From Escherichia coli (GTDB taxonomy: Bacteria > Pseudomonadota > Gammaproteobacteria > Enterobacterales > Enterobacteriaceae): 64,000 bases of DNA. The DNA lies in assembly GCF_003790525.1 (NCBI RefSeq), contig NZ_CP033635.1. One strand, 5' to 3'. Positions 56,108-64,000 of this stretch are shown piece by piece (the stretch's first letter is position 1; every line of letters begins with the position of its first letter). The notes below the pieces were generated by a model. That model did no database searches, was not told where the DNA came from, and saw only the letters and a program-made list of their open reading frames with translations. Made by a program: the position numbers and the translations under genes.

Positions 56108-58930
56108 ATGGATAAGATCGAAGTTCGGGGCGCCCGCACCCATAATCTCAAAAACATCAACCTCGTTATCCCCCGCGACAAGCTCATTGTCGTGACCGGG
56201 CTTTCGGGTTCTGGCAAATCCTCGCTCGCTTTCGACACCTTATATGCCGAAGGGCAGCGCCGTTACGTTGAATCACTTTCCGCCTACGCGCGGCAGTTTC
56301 TGTCACTGATGGAAAAGCCGGACGTCGATCATATTGAGGGGCTTTCTCCTGCCATCTCAATTGAGCAGAAATCAACGTCTCATAACCCGCGTTCTACGGT
56401 GGGGACAATCACCGAAATCCACGACTATTTGCGTTTGTTGTTCGCCCGCGTCGGCGAGCCGCGCTGTCCGGACCACGACGTCCCGCTGGCGGCGCAAACC
56501 GTCAGCCAGATGGTGGATAACGTGCTGTCGCAGCCGGAAGGCAAGCGTCTGATGCTGCTCGCGCCAATCATTAAAGAGCGCAAAGGCGAACACACCAAAA
56601 CGCTGGAGAACCTGGCAAGTCAGGGTTACATCCGTGCTCGTATTGATGGCGAAGTCTGCGATCTTTCCGATCCGCCGAAACTGGAACTGCAAAAGAAACA
56701 TACCATTGAAGTGGTGGTTGATCGCTTCAAGGTGCGTGACGATCTTACCCAACGTCTTGCCGAGTCGTTTGAAACCGCGCTGGAGCTTTCCGGTGGTACC
56801 GCGGTAGTTGCGGATATGGACGACCCGAAAGCGGAAGAGTTGCTGTTCTCCGCTAATTTCGCCTGCCCAATTTGCGGCTACAGTATGCGTGAACTGGAGC
56901 CGCGACTGTTTTCGTTTAACAACCCGGCAGGGGCCTGCCCGACCTGTGACGGCCTTGGCGTGCAGCAATATTTCGATCCTGACCGCGTGATCCAGAATCC
57001 GGAACTGTCGCTGGCTGGCGGTGCGATCCGTGGCTGGGATCGCCGCAACTTCTATTATTTCCAGATGCTGAAATCGCTGGCAGATCACTATAAGTTCGAC
57101 GTCGAAGCGCCGTGGGGCAGCCTGAGCGCGAACGTGCATAAAGTGGTGTTGTACGGTTCTGGCAAAGAAAACATTGAATTCAAATACATGAACGATCGTG
57201 GCGATACCTCCATTCGTCGTCATCCGTTTGAAGGCGTGCTGCACAATATGGAGCGCCGTTATAAAGAGACGGAGTCCAGCGCGGTACGCGAAGAATTAGC
57301 CAAGTTCATCAGCAATCGCCCGTGCGCCAGCTGCGAAGGGACGCGTCTGCGTCGGGAAGCGCGCCACGTGTATGTCGAGAATACGCCGCTGCCTGCTATC
57401 TCCGACATGAGCATTGGTCATGCGATGGAATTCTTCAACAATCTCAAACTCGCAGGTCAGCGGGCGAAGATTGCGGAAAAAATTCTTAAAGAGATCGGCG
57501 ATCGTTTGAAATTCCTCGTTAACGTCGGCCTGAATTACCTGACGCTTTCCCGCTCGGCAGAAACGCTTTCTGGCGGTGAAGCCCAGCGTATTCGTCTGGC
57601 GAGCCAGATTGGTGCGGGCCTGGTTGGCGTTATGTACGTGCTGGATGAGCCGTCTATCGGCCTGCACCAGCGCGATAACGAGCGCCTGTTGGGTACGCTT
57701 ATCCATCTGCGCGATCTCGGTAATACCGTGATTGTGGTGGAGCACGACGAAGACGCGATTCGCGCGGCTGACCATGTGATCGATATCGGTCCTGGTGCGG
57801 GTGTTCACGGCGGTGAAGTGGTCGCGGAAGGTCCACTGGAAGCGATTATGGCGGTGCCGGAGTCGTTGACCGGACAGTACATGAGCGGTAAACGCAAGAT
57901 TGAAGTGCCGAAGAAACGCGTTCCGGCGAATCCGGAAAAAGTGCTGAAGCTGACGGGTGCACGCGGTAATAACCTGAAAGACGTGACGCTAACGCTGCCA
58001 GTCGGTCTGTTTACCTGCATCACAGGGGTTTCAGGTTCCGGTAAATCGACACTGATTAACGACACACTGTTCCCGATTGCCCAACGCCAGTTGAATGGTG
58101 CGACCATCGCCGAACCGGCACCGTATCGCGATATTCAGGGACTGGAGCATTTCGATAAAGTGATCGATATCGACCAAAGCCCAATTGGTCGTACTCCGCG
58201 TTCTAACCCAGCGACCTATACCGGCGTGTTTACGCCTGTGCGCGAACTGTTTGCGGGCGTACCGGAATCCCGTGCGCGCGGCTATACGCCGGGACGTTTC
58301 AGCTTTAACGTCCGTGGCGGACGCTGCGAAGCCTGTCAGGGCGACGGCGTGATCAAAGTGGAGATGCACTTCCTGCCGGACATTTACGTACCGTGCGACC
58401 AGTGTAAAGGTAAACGCTATAACCGTGAAACGCTGGAGATTAAGTACAAAGGCAAAACCATCCACGAAGTGCTGGATATGACCATCGAAGAGGCGCGTGA
58501 GTTCTTTGATGCGGTGCCAGCTCTGGCGCGTAAGCTGCAAACGCTGATGGACGTTGGTCTGACGTACATTCGCCTGGGGCAGTCCGCAACCACCCTTTCA
58601 GGCGGTGAAGCCCAGCGCGTGAAGCTGGCGCGTGAGCTGTCAAAACGCGGCACCGGGCAGACACTGTATATTCTCGACGAGCCGACCACCGGTCTGCACT
58701 TCGCCGATATTCAGCAACTGCTCGACGTGCTGCATAAACTGCGCGATCAGGGCAATACCATTGTGGTGATTGAACACAATCTCGACGTGATCAAAACCGC
58801 TGACTGGATTGTCGACCTGGGACCGGAAGGCGGCAGTGGCGGCGGCGAGATCCTCGTCTCCGGTACGCCAGAAACCGTCGCGGAGTGCGAAGCTTCGCAT
58901 ACGGCACGCTTCCTCAAGCCGATGCTGTAA
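56108..58930 (+). CDS. uvrA: Excinuclease ABC subunit UvrA, 940 aa
   Basis: ORF track; two ABC ATPase modules ([18 protein letters not shown]); zinc-finger Cys pairs. Confidence 0.98.
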   Translation: MDKIEVRGARTHNLKNINLVIPRDKLIVVTGLSGSGKSSLAFDTLYAEGQRRYVESLSAYARQFLSLMEKPDVDHIEGLSPAISIEQKSTSHNPRSTVGTITEIHDYLRLLFARVGEPRCPDHDVPLAAQTVSQMVDNVLSQPEGKRLMLLAPIIKERKGEHTKTLENLASQGYIRARIDGEVCDLSDPPKLELQKKHTIEVVVDRFKVRDDLTQRLAESFETALELSGGTAVVADMDDPKAEELLFSANFACPICGYSMRELEPRLFSFNNPAGACPTCDGLGVQQYFDPDRVIQNPELSLAGGAIRGWDRRNFYYFQMLKSLADHYKFDVEAPWGSLSANVHKVVLYGSGKENIEFKYMNDRGDTSIRRHPFEGVLHNMERRYKETESSAVREELAKFISNRPCASCEGTRLRREARHVYVENTPLPAISDMSIGHAMEFFNNLKLAGQRAKIAEKILKEIGDRLKFLVNVGLNYLTLSRSAETLSGGEAQRIRLASQIGAGLVGVMYVLDEPSIGLHQRDNERLLGTLIHLRDLGNTVIVVEHDEDAIRAADHVIDIGPGAGVHGGEVVAEGPLEAIMAVPESLTGQYMSGKRKIEVPKKRVPANPEKVLKLTGARGNNLKDVTLTLPVGLFTCITGVSGSGKSTLINDTLFPIAQRQLNGATIAEPAPYRDIQGLEHFDKVIDIDQSPIGRTPRSNPATYTGVFTPVRELFAGVPESRARGYTPGRFSFNVRGGRCEACQGDGVIKVEMHFLPDIYVPCDQCKGKRYNRETLEIKYKGKTIHEVLDMTIEEAREFFDAVPALARKLQTLMDVGLTYIRLGQSATTLSGGEAQRVKLARELSKRGTGQTLYILDEPTTGLHFADIQQLLDVLHKLRDQGNTIVVIEHNLDVIKTADWIVDLGPEGGSGGGEILVSGTPETVAECEASHTARFLKPML

Positions 58931-58933
58931 TCG

Positions 58934-58962
58934 TTAAGGCCGCTTTCTGAGCGGCCTTTTCC
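58934..58962. terminator. Bidirectional terminator between convergent uvrA and yjbR
   Basis: AAGGCCGCTTTCTGAGCGGCCTTTT hairpin. Confidence 0.7.
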
Positions 58963-58964
58963 TT

Positions 58965-59321
58965 TCAGAGTTGCACCAGCAATTTACGTTTTTCTTCCGG
59001 CAGCAAATTCACCGCCTGCTGATAAGACGCATCCACCAGATAATAGATTTGCGAATCCGGTAGCGATCCGTCGAGATAAACCGTGCTCCAGTGCGCTTTA
59101 TTCAGATGGCGGCTGGGGCGCACATCGCTGTGCTGCTGACGTAGCAGCTCCGCCAGCTCCGGGCTGGTTTTCAGCGAAACCGCCGGGCGATTTTCTACTT
59201 CTTTCACCATCGCAAACAGTACATCTTCCACTTTGATCTGCGTCGCTTTCCAGTCATTATGCACGCTCTGTTCTGCGCCTGGTTTTGCCATGCAATATTG
59301 TAGCAACTCCGAAATGGTCAT
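58965..59321 (-). CDS. yjbR: Uncharacterised protein YjbR, 118 aa
   Basis: ORF track; synteny downstream of yjbQ. Confidence 0.85.
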   Translation of the reverse strand: MTISELLQYCMAKPGAEQSVHNDWKATQIKVEDVLFAMVKEVENRPAVSLKTSPELAELLRQQHSDVRPSRHLNKAHWSTVYLDGSLPDSQIYYLVDASYQQAVNLLPEEKRKLLVQL

Positions 59322-59324
59322 TTT

Positions 59325-59741
59325 TTACTCCCCTTGTAGTGTCGCGATAATGCGACGCGATCCGCCGTGGATGCGATGTTCCCCCAGCCAGATGCCTTGC
59401 CAGGTGCCGGTCTGAATACGCCCTTTATGCACCGGCAATACAAGCGATGTTCCCAGCATTGAGGATTTGATATGAGAAGGCATATCGTCTGCTCCCTCAT
59501 AGTCATGCTCATAATTTCCGTTGTCGGGAACGGTGCGGAGGAAAAAACGCTCCATGTCGTGGCGTACGGTGGGATCGCAGTTCTCATTAAGTGTCAGAGA
59601 GGCGGAGGTATGTTGCAGCAACAGATGCAGTAAACCGATGTTAACGCGCGGCATATCAGCCAGCTGATTCAGAATTTCATCCGTTACCAGATGAAACCCA
59701 CGAGATTTGGCGCTAAGCGTGAGCGTCTTTTGATACCACAT
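59325..59741 (-). CDS. yjbQ: Uncharacterised protein YjbQ (UPF0047), 138 aa
   Basis: ORF track; synteny aphA-yjbQ-yjbR. Confidence 0.85.
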
Positions 59742-59851
59742 GTGCTGCTCCTTGATAAAACTCTCTTAATCAGTTTGCAGCAAGACAGAGAAAGGATAAA
59801 GGTGTGATTAAAAAAACAGCATTCGGGAGAGTGTCACGCTCTCCCGCTCTG

Positions 59852-60754
<903 letters not shown>

Positions 60755-60965
60755 TCAATGAAGGATACATTAATTTTACGTTTATTATGATGAATCCTCT
60801 GCAAATGAGCGAAATTTGATAGAACATTTATCTGCTGTACGATTTAATGAACTTAATGATACAGCATTACAAAAACAATCGAAGTTTATAAAGATGATTT
60901 CTGGTTGACCAGAACCCTACCCTACAATGGTGACTAATTTTATTACTCTCGAAGGAGATGATGAT

Positions 60966-61469
60966 ATGAATATATCATATGTGAATAGCAACAAAATGAC
61001 ATCTTTACCTGTTGAGCTAGATGCACTAAATAATAAAGATATCTCTTATTCCAAAGATTTTTCTTATGCCAGAGATTTCTTTTTATATATAGAAACACAG
61101 TTAAAAATTGCAAAAGATTTTTGTAGACCTGGAGAAGAAGTATCAAGTTCTATTGCAAGTACAGTTTTTCATGCATTTATTGATTTAGTTAACAAAATCA
61201 GAGGCAAGAAAGATTGTATGTATATTTGCACACTTTGCTGTTTTGCCGAGGAGGTTAAAGGTGATTATTCTCATTACAGGACCTTTTTATTTGATATTGG
61301 TAATCAATATAAGGTTAAACTTACACAAAGCGGAAAAAAAGAGTTCTCTTTAACATTAGAATTTAACGATACTATAATTGAATCTCAGAAAGTCACAGGC
61401 AATAAGGCAAAGCATATTCTTGAGGATATAGAAATATTCTATCGTAACAAACCCGATACTTATTATTAA
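60966..61469 (+). CDS. Hypothetical protein (~167 aa) in AT-rich islet, function unknown
   Basis: Track ORF 60927..61469 (180 aa); internal ATG at 60966 is preceded by GAAGGAG at RBS spacing; long stop-free frame in very AT-rich DNA; no recognisable motif; 6 Cys. Confidence 0.45.
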   Translation: MNISYVNSNKMTSLPVELDALNNKDISYSKDFSYARDFFLYIETQLKIAKDFCRPGEEVSSSIASTVFHAFIDLVNKIRGKKDCMYICTLCCFAEEVKGDYSHYRTFLFDIGNQYKVKLTQSGKKEFSLTLEFNDTIIESQKVTGNKAKHILEDIEIFYRNKPDTYY

Positions 61470-61691
61470 ATTTAATAATGGTTAGATGTGCAAAAATTAT
61501 TACTCCACACGAAAAAACAGGGAAAGGAATTCCAGATAATTGGGATAAACTTAACAATAAAAGAACTGACAACCTTTTATTATCCCTCACGTAAAACGAT
61601 GGCATCAAAAAAATCATCTATAAAGCAAGAGTGAAAGCGACGACAGTTTAATTTCACTGCAGGCTGGGTAGCTCCAGCCTGCTTTCCTGCA

Positions 61692-62885
61692 TTACATCAC
61701 CGCAGCAAACGCCTTTGCCACACGTTGTACATTTGCCGTATTTAACCCGGCGACACACATGCGCCCGCTAGTAATCAGGTAAACACCAAACTCCTCACGT
61801 AGTCGGTCAACCTGAGCGGCACTTAAACCGGTATAACTGAACATGCCGCGCTGATTAAGCAGATAATCGAAATTGCGTTCTGGCATCTCTGTGCTTAATA
61901 CCTTCACCAGTTCCTGACGCATTGCCAAAATGCGAGTACGCATCTCTTCTACTTCCGCCAGCCAGCTGGCTTTCAATGCCTCGTCATTCAGCACCGCTGC
62001 CACCACCTGCGCACCAAAATTCGGCGGGCTGGAGTAGTTGCGGCGAACTGTTGCTTTCAATTGCCCCAGTACGCGGTCTGCAGCTTCGGCATCTTCACAC
62101 AGAACAGAAAGTCCGCCGACGCGCTCGCCGTAAAGGGAGAAAATTTTCGAGAACGAATTGCTCACCAGAGCGGGTAATCCAGCGCTGGCAATGGCGCGAA
62201 TGGCGTAGGCATCCTCTTCCATACCGGCACCAAATCCTTGATAGGCAATATCAAGAAATGGGATAAGCTCGCGGGCTTTGAGAATTTCAATCACCGCATC
62301 CCACTGGTTATTAGTGAGATCGGCACCCGTTGGGTTGTGGCAACATGGATGCAGCAACACAATACTGCGGGCAGGTAATGTTTTCAGCGTCGCCAACAGG
62401 TCATTAAAGCGCACGCCGTTAGTCGCTTCGTCATACCAGGGGTAAGTACTTACTTCGAATCCAGCCCCGGCGAATATTGCTACGTGGTTTTCCCATGTAG
62501 GATCGCTGACCCAGACGCCTGATTCCGGGAAGTAGCGTTTCAGGAAATCTGCGCCCACTTTCAATGCCCCTGAGCCGCCAAGGGTTTGAATGGTTGCTAC
62601 GCGCTGTTGTTGCAGTACCGGATGGTCGGCACCAAACAGCAGCGGCGCAATGGCATGGCGATAGCTGTTAAGCCCTTCCATCGGTAAATAAAGCGAAGCG
62701 CCATGAGGCTGCGCATTCAGGCGCGCTTCTGCATCCGCCACGGCTTTCAGTTGTGGAATAATTCCCTCTTCGTTGTAGTACAGACCGATACTTAAATTCA
62801 CTTTGTCGCTGCGAGGGTCTTCTTTAAAACGCTCCATAAGCGTAAGAATCGGGTCGCCAGCGTAGGCGTCAACTTTTTGAAACAC
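61692..62885 (-). CDS. tyrB: Aromatic-amino-acid aminotransferase TyrB, 397 aa
   Basis: ORF track 61692..62927 trimmed to in-frame GTG ([14 protein letters not shown]); class I aminotransferase, PLP-lysine region [16 protein letters not shown]. Confidence 0.93.
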   Translation of the reverse strand: MFQKVDAYAGDPILTLMERFKEDPRSDKVNLSIGLYYNEEGIIPQLKAVADAEARLNAQPHGASLYLPMEGLNSYRHAIAPLLFGADHPVLQQQRVATIQTLGGSGALKVGADFLKRYFPESGVWVSDPTWENHVAIFAGAGFEVSTYPWYDEATNGVRFNDLLATLKTLPARSIVLLHPCCHNPTGADLTNNQWDAVIEILKARELIPFLDIAYQGFGAGMEEDAYAIRAIASAGLPALVSNSFSKIFSLYGERVGGLSVLCEDAEAADRVLGQLKATVRRNYSSPPNFGAQVVAAVLNDEALKASWLAEVEEMRTRILAMRQELVKVLSTEMPERNFDYLLNQRGMFSYTGLSAAQVDRLREEFGVYLITSGRMCVAGLNTANVQRVAKAFAAVM

Positions 62886-63079
62886 GCGATGGTTCTCCAG
62901 GTTTACGGGCAGGTGGTTAAAACACAATAAACCGGAAGAAGGCGAAGATCGAGTGGATGTTCAGGGGCGAACGGCAATTAGCAACAGAGTGAGACTCATG
63001 ACAAACGTACATCCGCCAGAGGCACGACCTTCATAAGAGCATGAAAGAATATCAACTTATTGAATTGGTAGGCTTTTAT

Positions 63080-63118
63080 TGGCCGGATAAGGCATTCACG
63101 CCGCATCCGGCACAGACA
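63080..63118. repeat. Single REP element between tyrB and alr
   Basis: GGCCGGATAAGGCATTCACGCCGCATCCGGC palindrome. Confidence 0.5.
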
Positions 63119-63137
63119 ATCAAATATTACAGAACGA

Positions 63138-64000
63138 TTAATCCACGTATTTCATCGCGACCCTTGAAGTCAGGCGCGTGATAAGTTCGTAAGCGCTTAC
63201 TTTCGTCATTTCAGCGATACGTTCTACGGGCAAACCTTCGCCCCATAAAATGACCGGGTCCCCGGCTTTATCCTGCGCCTGTGGACCTAAGTCTACGCAG
63301 ATCATATCCATCGCGACTCGCCCGACAATCGGCACTTCGCGACCGTTCACCAGCACTGGCGTACCGGACGGCGCGGCGCGCGGATAACCATCGCCATAAC
63401 CCATCGCGACTACGCCCAGGCGGGTATCACGTTCGCTTACCCAGGTTCCACCATAACCGACAGGCTCTCCGGCTTTGTGCTCACGCACGGCAATCAGGCT
63501 GGAGGTTAGTGACATCACTGGCTGACAGCCAAAATCGGCACCGGTGGAACGATCTTCCAGCGGCGAGACGCCGTAAAGAATGATGCCCGGACGCACCCAG
63601 TCAAAATGCGACTGTGGCCACAGCAGAATGCCACCCGATGCGGCAATGGAACGTTGACCTGGTTTGCCTTCGCAAAAGGTATTAAAGATAGCGAGTTGTT
63701 TCTCGGTTGCGCCGCATTTTGGTTCATCCGCGCGCGCAAAATGGCTGACGATATTCACCGGCTGACGAACGTTTTTACACTGGGTCAGGCGATGATAAAA
63801 CGCCTCAGCCTGTTCCGGCCTTACGCCCAGACGGTGCATACCGGTATCGAGTTTCATCCAGACGGTAACCGGCTCGTCCAGGCTGGCCTCTTCCAGCGCA
63901 GCCAGCTGTTCTTCGTTATGCACGGCGGTATGAAAATGTTGCGCAGAAATCGTCGGCAGATCTCTGGCATCAAAAAAGCCTTCGAGTAACAGTACAGGTT
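63138..64000 (-). CDS. alr: Alanine racemase Alr, C-terminal ~287 aa (5' end beyond window)
   Basis: Track ORF 63138..63923 starts at an internal Met; frame stays open to window edge; alanine racemase C-terminal domain; synteny alr-tyrB. Confidence 0.85.

Noticed and set aside
56372-57244. 290-aa ORF antisense to uvrA
   Set aside because: Nested in uvrA, which has unambiguous ABC ATPase motifs; antisense frame has no motif or RBS.
60943-61146. 67-aa minus-strand ORF (yjbS-like) as the real gene of the AT-rich islet
   Set aside because: Short, Leu/Tyr/Lys-rich, and fully antisense to a much longer open frame with an RBS; I favour the longer ORF but cannot exclude that neither is expressed.

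Overview
This 64 kb window is an ordinary, well-characterised stretch of an Escherichia coli chromosome, running from the 3' end of basS to the 3' part of alr, in reverse orientation relative to the K-12 map. I found no mobile elements, no CRISPR array and no convincing novel multi-gene system. Gene order, left to right: basS (3' end), pmrR, proP, yjcZ-crfC, yjdM/yjdN, the full phnCDEFGHIJKLMNOP C-P lyase operon, yjdP, rpiB, rpiR-alsBACEK, yjcS, ytcA-mdtNOP, fdhF, yjcO, gltP, nrfGFEDCBA, acs-yjcH-actP, yjcE, ghxP, soxR/soxS, pdeC, yjcB, ssb, uvrA, yjbR, yjbQ, aphA, an AT-rich islet, tyrB and alr (partial). The observations worth a second look are: (1) nrfE is truncated by an apparent single-base frameshift in a homopolymer tract; (2) an AT-rich ~1.1 kb islet between aphA and tyrB carries an uncharacterised ~167-aa ORF; (3) phnE is an intact single ORF, unlike the K-12 MG1655 pseudogene; (4) yjcF, which I recall lying between yjcE and actP in K-12, appears absent; (5) fdhF contains the expected in-frame UGA selenocysteine codon, which the ORF track splits into two ORFs. 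CDS coordinates come from the supplied ORF track with starts trimmed to the known N-termini. Regulatory sites, repeats and pmrR were read by eye from the raw sequence and may be off by a few bases. All identifications rest on recalled protein sequences and synteny; no database search was run.
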